A stretch of DNA of 64,000 nucleotides from an uncultured SAR86 cluster bacterium (GTDB lineage Bacteria > Pseudomonadota > Gammaproteobacteria > Magnimaribacterales > D2472): NCBI GenBank assembly GCA_902594515.1, contig CACJML010000002.1, forward strand, positions 128,911 through 192,910, given 5' to 3'. Made by a program: the position numbers and the translations under genes. Below the pieces are notes generated by a model. It had not been told where the DNA came from. It was given only the letters and a program-made list of their open reading frames with translations, and made no database searches. Below are positions 1 to 9,367 of this stretch, one piece after another (within the stretch, counting starts at the first letter, position 1; every line of letters starts with the position of its first letter).

Positions 1-1
1 A

Positions 2-646
2 TTGACTAAAGATGAAAAGAAGGTTTTATGTATTTTTATTCTTGCTGCTCTAGCATGGATGTTTAGAAAATTAATTAATCAAATTCCAGGCTTTGAATTG
101 CTGACAGATGCTGGTGTTGGGTTATTTATTGCTTTGCTGTTTTTTATCATCCCCTCTTCGATGCATAAAAAAGATCTTTTAACTTGGGATCAAGCTAACA
201 AACTCCCATGGGGGCTTCTAGTGTTATTTGGTGGAGGGCTTTCTTTAGCTGCACAAATTGGATCTTCAGGTCTTGGTCTATGGATTGGAGAAGGATTATC
301 CGTTCTTCAATCTGTACCTCCGATAATTCTTATACTATGCGTTGCTACTTTGATAATATTTTTAACAGAAATTACTTCCAATGTTGCAACAACCAGCACC
401 TTCTTACCAGTTGTAGGTGCAGTGGCCATTTCTATTGGAGTATTACCAATATCACTTACAATTCCGGTTGTATTGGCTGCTAGTTGTGCATTTATGCTGC
501 CTGTTGCAACTCCACCTAATGCAATTGTTTTTGGCTCTAATAAATTTAGTATCCCTGATATGATAAGGGCTGGTTTTGCCTTAAATATTATTGGAATTCT
601 TCTGGTTACAATATTTGCTTATTATGTTGCGCCAAATATCTTTTAA
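2..646 (+). CDS. SLC13/DASS family Na+:dicarboxylate/sulfate symporter, C-terminal part (5' truncated by window edge)
   Basis: Polytopic hydrophobic protein with DASS motifs 'FLTEITSNVATT' and 'ASCAFMLPVATPPNAIVF'. Confidence 0.88.
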   Translation: MTKDEKKVLCIFILAALAWMFRKLINQIPGFELLTDAGVGLFIALLFFIIPSSMHKKDLLTWDQANKLPWGLLVLFGGGLSLAAQIGSSGLGLWIGEGLSVLQSVPPIILILCVATLIIFLTEITSNVATTSTFLPVVGAVAISIGVLPISLTIPVVLAASCAFMLPVATPPNAIVFGSNKFSIPDMIRAGFALNIIGILLVTIFAYYVAPNIF

Positions 647-2351
647 CTTTGTCTTCTTTTTATTAAGCGTAGGCTTGTATGGTCAAGAAAGCTATATTGA
701 TTATCGCTCTCCCTTTCACCCAGTGGTGGGTAACTCTGCAATGGTTGTCTCTCAAAATAAAGAATCATCTGATATAGGTATTGAGATATTAGAAATGGGT
801 GGCAATGCAATTGATGCTGCTGTCGCGGTCGGATTTTCTCTTGCTATTACACTTCCAAGAGCTGGAAATTTAGGTGGCGGCGGTTTTCTTTTAGTTTATT
901 TAAAAGAAAAAGACGAAATAATTTCAATTGATTATCGAGGAGCATCTTCAAAAAATGCTGACTTATTTCAAATATTTAAAAAAAGTCTTCCAGGTAATTA
1001 TGAGGATATAAATAGAGATTTAGTGCGTTATGGATATTTTGCCTCAACAGTTCCAGGTACTGTTGCTGGCCTTCTAGAAGCTCATGAACGTTACGGTAAA
1101 CTATCCTTGGATAAGGTTATTGCTCCTGTAATTAAGCAAGCCAGAGAAGGAATCATAGTTTCTTATGATTTACATCATGCCATAAAGAGTGCGCCGCAGC
1201 TTTATAGTGATCCTGAATCGAGAAGAATATATTTTAGCAATGAAGCACCATTAGCCATTAATTCTTTAATGAAAAGACCTGATTTGGCTGATACATTGAC
1301 TTTAATTGCTAAAAATGGAAAAGATGGTTTTTATCGAGGAGAAATAGCTCAGAAAATCGCTGAGGCGTTTTCAGATAATAAAAGTTTTATTAATCTGGAT
1401 GATTTGGCTAGTTATAAAGCAAGAATTCAGTTACCTATTTCAACAAAATATAGAGGAAATACTGTCTTTACCCAAGGCCCACCATCAGGGGGCGGTGTAG
1501 TCTTAATAAATGCGCTGAATGTGCTTGAATCATTTAACCTAAAGAAATATAAAAAAAATTCAGCTGTAACATATCATTTAATTGCTGAGGCACTAAGAAA
1601 AGGTCATCATGCAAGATCAAGAAATGTTGGCGATCCTGAATTTTATGATGTTCCAATTAGTAGTTTAATTGATAAAAAACATGCTAGAGAGCATGCTCAA
1701 AAAATTAAATTCAATACCGCTTTACCTGCCAGTGAGATTAAGCCTATTGAGGTAATCAATGAAAGTAGAGATACAACTCATTACTCAATTATCGACAAGG
1801 AAGGAAATGCCATATCAAATACATACACACTTGGATATTCATTTGGTTCGGGTGTCACAATTCCAGGAACTGGTATTTTGATGAATAATCAAATGAACAA
1901 TTTTGCCTTTAAATACGGTGATGCTTCAGAAATAAGCAGAAGCAGTAGTCCAGGAAATAAATTTGAGCCCGGAAAACGCCCTATGAGTACAATGAATCCG
2001 GTAATAGTGAAAAATAAAGATAATGATATATCTCTTATTACAGGATCGCCTGGTGGCTCATTTATCCCTGCCGCTGCTCTAAGAGTAATATCAGGCATTA
2101 TTGATTTTGACTTGGATATAGGTGAAGCAACTATGCTTCCGAGAATTCATAAAGATTGGCCCTATTCTGGATTAACACATGAGTCCTCAGTGAGCTCAGA
2201 CATAATTGCCATACTTAATAAATTAGGCCATGAAGCTGAAGAATCTAAAACTATGGGTAGCACACAAAGTATTCATATAATTGACAACATCCGCTATGGA
2301 TATGCTGATTTAAGAAGACCTAATTCTGGAGTAGCCATCCAAATTGATTAA
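624..2351 (+). CDS. ggt: Gamma-glutamyltransferase (glutathione hydrolase)
   Basis: 'GGNAIDAAVAVGFSLAITLPRAGNLGGGGF', autocatalytic Thr in 'DTTHYS', 'PGKRPMSTM'. The track start is 591; ATG 624 (MLRQISF..., signal-peptide-like) is more plausible. Confidence 0.93.
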   Translation: MLRQISFNFVFFLLSVGLYGQESYIDYRSPFHPVVGNSAMVVSQNKESSDIGIEILEMGGNAIDAAVAVGFSLAITLPRAGNLGGGGFLLVYLKEKDEIISIDYRGASSKNADLFQIFKKSLPGNYEDINRDLVRYGYFASTVPGTVAGLLEAHERYGKLSLDKVIAPVIKQAREGIIVSYDLHHAIKSAPQLYSDPESRRIYFSNEAPLAINSLMKRPDLADTLTLIAKNGKDGFYRGEIAQKIAEAFSDNKSFINLDDLASYKARIQLPISTKYRGNTVFTQGPPSGGGVVLINALNVLESFNLKKYKKNSAVTYHLIAEALRKGHHARSRNVGDPEFYDVPISSLIDKKHAREHAQKIKFNTALPASEIKPIEVINESRDTTHYSIIDKEGNAISNTYTLGYSFGSGVTIPGTGILMNNQMNNFAFKYGDASEISRSSSPGNKFEPGKRPMSTMNPVIVKNKDNDISLITGSPGGSFIPAAALRVISGIIDFDLDIGEATMLPRIHKDWPYSGLTHESSVSSDIIAILNKLGHEAEESKTMGSTQSIHIIDNIRYGYADLRRPNSGVAIQID

Positions 2352-2841
2352 AGCAATTTCATTTATATTTAAAAAGTCTTCATTATCGCAAGATCAGTTT
2401 ATAGAACATTATGAAAATTCTCATGCACCACTGGCAAGATCAATTTTAGAATTTAGTCATTATGAAAGAAATCATATTTTAAATGTTTATGATGACAATC
2501 CGAGCTGTATAAGCATTTTCAAATACAACTCAGAAGAATTGTTAAAAAAAACTCAAAAAATACTTCAAGATTATCCAAAGGATTTAAAAGAAGATGAATT
2601 GAAGTTTATGGATTTTGATAAAAACTATTATCACTTTGTCGAAGAAGAGATATTATCTATAAAAAAATTTAAATATAAGGTTTTTTCAAAAAAAGAAATC
2701 CATAACGATCAGTTACATGGGCTCTCCATTAATAAACTAATAGATCAAGATAAAATTATTTTTGAATATGGAAGTGAGAATGATTTGTCCACTCAATTCA
2801 ATACTAAGACAGTTTATTTTTGTAGAAATTATTCTTCTTAA
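2344..2841 (+). CDS. EthD-like (dimeric alpha/beta barrel) domain protein
   Basis: N-terminus 'KKSSLSQDQFIEHYENSHAPLA' matches the EthD pattern (F..HY...HAPL); overlaps ggt stop. Confidence 0.65.
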   Translation: MIKAISFIFKKSSLSQDQFIEHYENSHAPLARSILEFSHYERNHILNVYDDNPSCISIFKYNSEELLKKTQKILQDYPKDLKEDELKFMDFDKNYYHFVEEEILSIKKFKYKVFSKKEIHNDQLHGLSINKLIDQDKIIFEYGSENDLSTQFNTKTVYFCRNYSS

Positions 2842-4223
2842 TCGTTAAGCTCAATTGCTTTTTTTATTCTTGCAATAGAAACTTCTTTACCAATCAAAGA
2901 AAGTGTTAATCCCAAAGATGGGGATTTAGTTGAGCCAACCACGGCAACTCTTATTGGTTGATTAAGTTGCGGTGTTTTAAGATCAAGATCTTTTTGGCAT
3001 TTTGCAAGCACATCATCCAATTGATCTTCACTCCATGGTTCAATTAATTCTAACTGTCTTATTACGAACTCCAATAAAGGCTTTGATCCTATAAGAAACT
3101 TATCAACAGATTTTTGATCATATGTCTTAATATCTAAAAAGTACGGAATTAAATCTTGACTAATTGAAGCCAAAGTTGGTGATGAGGTTCTTAAATGAGA
3201 AATTATTTCTTTCCAATTATCCTTTGACTCAAGACTGATACTCTCTTTTTTTAAAAAAGGTTTAAGATGATCAATAAACTCTTCTAAATCTAAATTAGCT
3301 AAATGATTGGTATTAATCCAATCAAGTTTTTTAATATCAAAAACTGCTCCTGCTTTTTGAACTTCCTGCATTCTAAAGTCTCTAATTAAGTCATCTAAAT
3401 AAAAGATTTCTTTATCGCCTTTAGACCATCCAAGTCTTGCCAACATATTAACCATTGAGGATGGTAAATATCCTGAAGCTATATATTCATCAAGACTTGT
3501 AACTGCATCCCTTTTTGAAAGCCTTTTTTTATTTTCTCCAAGGACCAGAGGAAGATGAGCATATTCCAAAGCAGGCAGTCCTAGAGCCTCTTGAATATGG
3601 ATTTGTCTTGGAGTATTGCTAAGATGGTCTTCACCTCTAATTACAGTTGTAACCCCCTGAGAAGCGTCATCAACAACATTACATAAGTGATACGTTGGAT
3701 TGCCATTACTTCTCAATAAAATAAGGTCATCTAACTCGCAATTATCGAATATTACCTCACCTCTAACTAAGTCATTAAACTTAACTTCGCCATCCCTAGG
3801 TGTCTTGAGTCGTAACACTGTATTTTCAGACTTTGAAAGATTTCTTTCTCTGCATTTACCATCATACATTGGCTTTTTTCCAGCCTTTTGTTGTTGATTC
3901 CTAAGTTTTTCAAGCCTCTCTGGCTGACAATCACAATAATATCCCAAACCTGAATCAACAATTTTTTGAGCAGCACTTAAATAGAGATGTCCTCTTTGAG
4001 ATTGTTTCACTGGATCTTCATCTGGGGCTAAGCCCATCATTTGCAATCCATCTAATATATTTTTCTCAAATTTTTCTCTTGATCGCTCTTGGTCAGTATC
4101 TTCAATACGAACAAGAAATTTGCCATCATTTTGTTTAGCATAAATATAGTTATACAAGGCTGTCCGAACACCACCTATATGCAAGTTTCCAGTTGGACTT
4201 GGTGCAAACCTGGTCACAGTCAT
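2838..4223 (-). CDS. gltX: Glutamate--tRNA ligase
   Basis: 'TRFAPSPTGNLHIGG' (HIGH) and 'RLSKR' (KMSKS-like); ATG at 4223 forms an ATGA overlap with the dnaQ stop. Confidence 0.96.
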   Translation of the reverse strand: MTVTRFAPSPTGNLHIGGVRTALYNYIYAKQNDGKFLVRIEDTDQERSREKFEKNILDGLQMMGLAPDEDPVKQSQRGHLYLSAAQKIVDSGLGYYCDCQPERLEKLRNQQQKAGKKPMYDGKCRERNLSKSENTVLRLKTPRDGEVKFNDLVRGEVIFDNCELDDLILLRSNGNPTYHLCNVVDDASQGVTTVIRGEDHLSNTPRQIHIQEALGLPALEYAHLPLVLGENKKRLSKRDAVTSLDEYIASGYLPSSMVNMLARLGWSKGDKEIFYLDDLIRDFRMQEVQKAGAVFDIKKLDWINTNHLANLDLEEFIDHLKPFLKKESISLESKDNWKEIISHLRTSSPTLASISQDLIPYFLDIKTYDQKSVDKFLIGSKPLLEFVIRQLELIEPWSEDQLDDVLAKCQKDLDLKTPQLNQPIRVAVVGSTKSPSLGLTLSLIGKEVSIARIKKAIELND

Positions 4224-4933
4224 GATTGATTCCATAAAGTAGCAATATTGTTCTGAGATTCAATCTCATTCAATCTTTTTTTATGCTCAGATACGTCATT
4301 AGAATTAGCTTTAAAAGATGGAATCTCAATGTCGCTTGCTTCTATCTGATTTTTGATTCCCGCTTCATTAGTTTCAGGACTTAAATTACTGCTAAATTCA
4401 AACTTTGATTGTCCACCAGTTAAATGGAAATAAACATCAGCAAGGATATTTGTATCAAGCATTGCGCCATGATAAGTTCTATCATAATTATTAATATCAA
4501 AGCGCTTAGTAAGAGCATCAAGCGAGTTTCTTTGACCAGGATACTTTTCCCTTGCAATTACAAGCGAATCCTCAACCTCACATATTTCTTCTAACCTTGG
4601 ATAGCTCGAAGAAATTAGGTTAAGTTCATTATTAAGAAAACCAAGATCAAAAGGTGCATTATGAATGATTAATGTGCTGTTATTAATAAACTCTAAGAAC
4701 TCATCAGCAATGTCAGAAAATTTAGGTTTATCTATTAAATCTTTGTTTGAAATTCCATGGACTTTTTGCGCTTCCTCATCAATGAGTCTTTCTGGATTTA
4801 AATATACATGAAAATGATCATCCGTCTTCTTTCTATCTTCTAGCAACAAAGCCCCTATTTCAATTATTCTGTGACCTTGTTCAACCTCTAAGCCTGTTGT
4901 TTCAGTATCGAGGACGATAAATCTTTTACTCAT
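4220..4933 (-). CDS. dnaQ: DNA polymerase III epsilon subunit (proofreading exonuclease)
   Basis: DEDDh motifs 'VLDTETTG', '[10 protein letters not shown]', 'HGAMLD'. Confidence 0.95.
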   Translation of the reverse strand: MSKRFIVLDTETTGLEVEQGHRIIEIGALLLEDRKKTDDHFHVYLNPERLIDEEAQKVHGISNKDLIDKPKFSDIADEFLEFINNSTLIIHNAPFDLGFLNNELNLISSSYPRLEEICEVEDSLVIAREKYPGQRNSLDALTKRFDINNYDRTYHGAMLDTNILADVYFHLTGGQSKFEFSSNLSPETNEAGIKNQIEASDIEIPSFKANSNDVSEHKKRLNEIESQNNIATLWNQS

Positions 4934-5361
4934 AAATTTTCAATTCCTCTATTTGCTAATTCGTCTGCTTTTTCATTTCCTGGATTTCCAGAGTGACCTT
5001 TCACCCACTCCCACGCAATATTATGTTTGCTAACTAAGTTATCAAGTTGAATCCATAAGTCTTTATTTTTAACATCCTTTTTATTGGCAGTTTTCCAATT
5101 ATTTTTTTTCCAATTATGAATCCATGAATTAATGCCATCCATTACATACTTTGAATCTGTAAAAACTTTAACGGAACACGGCTCTTTAAGAGTATTTAAT
5201 CCTTCAATAACTGCTCTGAGTTCCATTTTATTATTGGTAGTATCAAGTTCTCCACCATACAACTCTTTAACTTCCTCTTGATAGCTTATTAAGACACCCC
5301 ACCCCCCGGTTCCAGGATTACCTCTACAAGCTCCATCTGTATAAATAATTACGTCTTTCAT
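4930..5361 (-). CDS. rnhA: Ribonuclease HI
   Basis: '[17 protein letters not shown]', 'TTNNKMEL', '[18 protein letters not shown]'. Confidence 0.97.
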   Translation of the reverse strand: MKDVIIYTDGACRGNPGTGGWGVLISYQEEVKELYGGELDTTNNKMELRAVIEGLNTLKEPCSVKVFTDSKYVMDGINSWIHNWKKNNWKTANKKDVKNKDLWIQLDNLVSKHNIAWEWVKGHSGNPGNEKADELANRGIENL

Positions 5362-5377
5362 GAGTTAAAATATAACA

Positions 5378-6148
5378 ATGTTAAAGATTTCTTATATCCA
5401 AGCTTATAGTGATAATTATATTTGGTTAATTCAAACTAATGAAGGAAATACTTTAGTTGATCCGGGTGATGCAGGCCCAGTTCAAGATTTCATTCAAAAA
5501 GAAGAAATAGAGATCGATGATATATTGATAACACACCATCATTTTGATCATATTGGTGGCCTTAAAACACTCAAACCGCTGATTAAGGGATCAATCATTG
5601 GTCCAGAAAGTAAAAATATTAATGACTTAGATTATAAAGTTAAAGATGGCGAAACAATCAACACAATAGGTTTGAAATTCTCTGTAATCGAAATTCCCGG
5701 TCATACCCTTGATCACATTGCATTTTACTCAAATACAAAAAAAGATGTGCTTTTCTGTGGCGATACAATTTTCTCAGGAGGTTGCGGCAGAGTTTTTGAA
5801 GGTACTTTTAAACAAATGAATGACTCAATCAATATCCTTAGTCAACTACCAAAGTCTACAGAAATATATTGCGCGCATGAATATACTCTCTCAAACTTAA
5901 TATTTGCAAAGCAAGTTGAACCTAAAAATGATGAATTGAATCATTATTATGATGAAGTTATTATCATGCGAGAGAATGATGTCTCTACAATTCCAACAAC
6001 ATTAAATAGAGAACTGCAAATTAATCCATTTTTAAGAGTTTCTAATGCTAGTCTAAGAGAATCCATCAGTGATAAACTTAACAATTCAGTGCAATTATCT
6101 GACACTGAAATATTTAAGTTTCTTAGAACATGGAAAGATTCTTTGTAG
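5378..6148 (+). CDS. gloB: Hydroxyacylglutathione hydrolase (glyoxalase II)
   Basis: 'THHHFDHIGG', 'PGHTLDH', 'LFCGDT', 'CAHEYT'; divergent from rnhA as in many gammaproteobacteria. Confidence 0.94.
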   Translation: MLKISYIQAYSDNYIWLIQTNEGNTLVDPGDAGPVQDFIQKEEIEIDDILITHHHFDHIGGLKTLKPLIKGSIIGPESKNINDLDYKVKDGETINTIGLKFSVIEIPGHTLDHIAFYSNTKKDVLFCGDTIFSGGCGRVFEGTFKQMNDSINILSQLPKSTEIYCAHEYTLSNLIFAKQVEPKNDELNHYYDEVIIMRENDVSTIPTTLNRELQINPFLRVSNASLRESISDKLNNSVQLSDTEIFKFLRTWKDSL

Positions 6149-7590
6149 TATTTTTTACTCTTTTTATTGCTTACGGCTGTTCCAACTTTAATATAATTCC
6201 TGCAAGGCCCTATGTAGATATTGAGCCATCTAGAGAAGTATTAGTTCCTGAGGTTAAATATAACAACATTTGGGAAAGAATTTTTAAAGAAAATAACTTC
6301 GTAGATGATCCACTTCCAGATCAGACTGAAAAATATGTAAAAAGGTTCGTTAAAAATAAGAAGCACTTTAATGAGTTAATTTTAAATGGAGAGTATTACC
6401 TGTTTGAAGTTCTAGAGGAGCTTGATCGGTATAGGCTTCCATCAGAGTTTGCATTACTTCCTTACATAGAAAGTAACTATGATCCTTTTTCAATATCATC
6501 ATCTGGTGCCGTGGGCTTGTGGCAACTTATGCCAACAACGGGCAAAATTTATAATTTAGAAAAAACATGGTGGGTTGAGGGGCGTCATGACCCAATTGAA
6601 TCAACAAAGGCAGCGGTAAAATATCTAGCATATCTTTATAATAGATTTGATAAGAATCCTACTCTTACATTAATTGCTTATCATGCTGGTCCTACCTATT
6701 TAGAAAAACAAATAAGGATCCTTGAGAGTCGAGGAAGAGAAGTTACCTTGAGTAACCTTAAGCTATCAAAAGAAAGTTTTAATTATGTTCCAAAGTTTTT
6801 GGCAATTAACAAAATTATTAAAGATCCATACAAATATGGTGTTAATTTACCTAATCTTCCAAATGAAAAAGTCATAGAGAAAATCCAAATTGAAGGTCAA
6901 GTAGAAATGCTCCCATTCAGTGAATTTACTGGGGTAACACCAGAATTTTTATACCAGCTCAATGCTGGCTATACAAAGTGGGCAACACCCCCGACAAATA
7001 ATACTGTCCTATTTTTACCAATTGAAAGATTGGAGGCTATTGAGCAGGATATAAATAATTATTTTCAAGAAAACCCAATAAGATGGATGACTCATAATGT
7101 ATCATCAGGAGAAACTTTATGGGACATAGCAAAGCTTTATGATGTAGCTTTAGATGATTTAAAATTAGTAAATTCTAAATCAAATAAGAGCCTCCTCTCT
7201 ATTAATGAAACATTATTAGTACCACTAGGAGATCCAAAAATTACAACTTTTATTCCATATCAAACTCATATTGTGAGTGAAGGAGATACCTTGTGGAGTC
7301 TAGGAAGAAAATATGACATAGCACCAATTGAAATTGCCAGAAATAATCAATTATCTATCAATGGCGTTCTCTCTGTTGGGGTTGCTTTAAATATTGGCAC
7401 GGGGAATATTGCAAGATCAATGCAAGCAAAAAAACGCTCAATTCTTTACAGCGTTAAGCAGGGTGACAATTTATATAAAATTTCTGAATTATTTAATATT
7501 GAGATAAGCGAAATTATGGAGCTTAACAATTTATCTTCTAATGACTTAAGTCCTGGACAAATATTAAAGCTGATAATCAGTGCAATTTAA
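6130..7590 (+). CDS. mltD: Membrane-bound lytic murein transglycosylase D (SLT domain + LysM repeats)
   Basis: Lipobox 'AYGC', SLT 'PYIESNY...GAVGLWQLMP', three LysM-like repeats ('VSSGETLWDIA','VSEGDTLWSLG','VKQGDNLYKIS'); downstream of gloB. Confidence 0.88.
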   Translation: MERFFVVFFTLFIAYGCSNFNIIPARPYVDIEPSREVLVPEVKYNNIWERIFKENNFVDDPLPDQTEKYVKRFVKNKKHFNELILNGEYYLFEVLEELDRYRLPSEFALLPYIESNYDPFSISSSGAVGLWQLMPTTGKIYNLEKTWWVEGRHDPIESTKAAVKYLAYLYNRFDKNPTLTLIAYHAGPTYLEKQIRILESRGREVTLSNLKLSKESFNYVPKFLAINKIIKDPYKYGVNLPNLPNEKVIEKIQIEGQVEMLPFSEFTGVTPEFLYQLNAGYTKWATPPTNNTVLFLPIERLEAIEQDINNYFQENPIRWMTHNVSSGETLWDIAKLYDVALDDLKLVNSKSNKSLLSINETLLVPLGDPKITTFIPYQTHIVSEGDTLWSLGRKYDIAPIEIARNNQLSINGVLSVGVALNIGTGNIARSMQAKKRSILYSVKQGDNLYKISELFNIEISEIMELNNLSSNDLSPGQILKLIISAI

Positions 7591-7591
7591 A

Positions 7592-8443
7592 TTAATCTTC
7601 TGAGGTTTTTGGGTCTAAAGCATCTCGCAAGCCATCACCAAAAAAATTCAATGCAAACAAGGTAATAGTAAATGTTAAAGCTGGATAAATTAAAAGCCAT
7701 GAGAATTCTTCCATTGACTCGACTCCATATCGAATTAGGGTACCCCAACTACTCATAGGTGGTTGAACACCTAATCCAAGAAAACTTAAAAATGCCTCTA
7801 AAAGCATAACTTGCGGAATCGTTAAAGTTGCATATACAGCAATAGGTCCTAGAATATTTGGAAAAATATGTTTTCTAAATAAACGAATATTTGGCACTCC
7901 CATAGCTTGAGCAGCCATAACATATTCTTGATTTTTTATATTTATGACTTGACCTCTTACAATTCGTGCCATCGTCAGCCACTCCACTGCTCCAATTGCC
8001 ATAAATAACAACCATATATTTCTTCCAAAAATGACCATCAATAAAATAATGAAAATAATAAAGGGAAGACCATATAAAATATCTACAATTCGCATCATCA
8101 CTGAATCAACCCTGCCACCAAAATAGCCAGCTACAATTCCCCATGTGACTCCAATCACTAATGCAACAGCTGTGGCTACAAATCCCACTAAAAGTGAGAC
8201 ACGTGCTCCATATAAGATTCTACTGAGTAAATCTCTTCCCAATGTATCAGTGCCAAGAAAATACTCCGAAGATGGTGGCGTCGCCCCAAGCTCTAGATTT
8301 TGATATGCATATGAATGGGATGCTAAAAAGGGTGCAAAAATTGCTGCTAGAATTAAAATTGCAAGTATGCAGGCACTTATCACAGCAGCTTTATTATTGA
8401 TTAATCGTCTATAAGCATCACTCCACAATGATTGATTATTCAT
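7592..8443 (-). CDS. oppC: Oligopeptide ABC transporter permease C
   Basis: 'LGTDTLGRDLLSR', EAA loop 'EYVMAAQAMG', 'EAFLSFLGLG'. Confidence 0.9.
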   Translation of the reverse strand: MNNQSLWSDAYRRLINNKAAVISACILAILILAAIFAPFLASHSYAYQNLELGATPPSSEYFLGTDTLGRDLLSRILYGARVSLLVGFVATAVALVIGVTWGIVAGYFGGRVDSVMMRIVDILYGLPFIIFIILLMVIFGRNIWLLFMAIGAVEWLTMARIVRGQVINIKNQEYVMAAQAMGVPNIRLFRKHIFPNILGPIAVYATLTIPQVMLLEAFLSFLGLGVQPPMSSWGTLIRYGVESMEEFSWLLIYPALTFTITLFALNFFGDGLRDALDPKTSED

Positions 8444-9366
8444 TGATTGTTACCTCTGCTTTGAGGATTAGCCAATAGCAAGGCAAGATCAGAAAGTAAA
8501 TTAAAAATAATGATTAGGACGGAAAAGAAAATTGTGGTTCCAAGAATCATTGTGTAATCCCTATTAAAAGCTGCTTCTACATAAAACCTCCCTAATCCTG
8601 GAATTTGAAAGATGGTCTCTACAACAAAAGAGCCTCCGATTAGTCCAGCTGCTGCGGGACCTAAAAATGAAATAACTGGAATAAGTCCACCACGCATTGC
8701 ATGACCAAATACAACTCTAAATTCTGATAATCCTTTAGCGCGTGCAGTTCTAATGTAGTCTTGATTAAGTGTTTCAAGCATACCGCCCCTACTCAACCTA
8801 GCAATGTAAGCTGCATATGCAGCACCCAGAGTTACAGATGGAAGTATCTTGTCACCGGGCAAAGAATCCCATCCAGAGACTGGAAGTGCTTCCAAGTAAA
8901 TCCCAAAATATAAAACTAACAGTGGCCCAAGTAAAAAAGTTGGCATACAAATTCCAATCATTGCTACTGTCATAGGGATATAATCAAATAGTGTATTTCT
9001 TTTAACAGCAGCTAGAACTCCAGCAGAAATACCAATAATGATAGCTACAATGATTGCATAAAATGCTAATTCTAATGTTACTGGAAAGCCTGTAAAAATC
9101 ATTTCAGTAACTGATCGACCTGGGTATCTAAAGGAAGGACCAAAATCGCCTTGCAAAAGATTAAACATATAATCTTTGTACTGTACTAAAACTGGTGCAT
9201 CTAGATTATAGACTTCATTTAAATTTTTAATTACTTGATCAGGCAATGTCTTCTCGGCATCAAAGGGACCACCAGGTGCCATTCTTATTAAAAAAAATGT
9301 AATTGAGGTCACTATTAAGATTACAGGAATAGCAATCAACAGACGTCTAAAAAAGATGACAAGCAT
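8440..9366 (-). CDS. oppB: Oligopeptide ABC transporter permease B
   Basis: 'MAPGGPFD', 'GDFGPS', EAA loop 'DYIRTARAKGL', 'FQIPGLGR'; start moved to ATG 9366 just after the oppA stop. Confidence 0.9.
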   Translation of the reverse strand: MLVIFFRRLLIAIPVILIVTSITFFLIRMAPGGPFDAEKTLPDQVIKNLNEVYNLDAPVLVQYKDYMFNLLQGDFGPSFRYPGRSVTEMIFTGFPVTLELAFYAIIVAIIIGISAGVLAAVKRNTLFDYIPMTVAMIGICMPTFLLGPLLVLYFGIYLEALPVSGWDSLPGDKILPSVTLGAAYAAYIARLSRGGMLETLNQDYIRTARAKGLSEFRVVFGHAMRGGLIPVISFLGPAAAGLIGGSFVVETIFQIPGLGRFYVEAAFNRDYTMILGTTIFFSVLIIIFNLLSDLALLLANPQSRGNNQ

Positions 9367-9367
9367 A

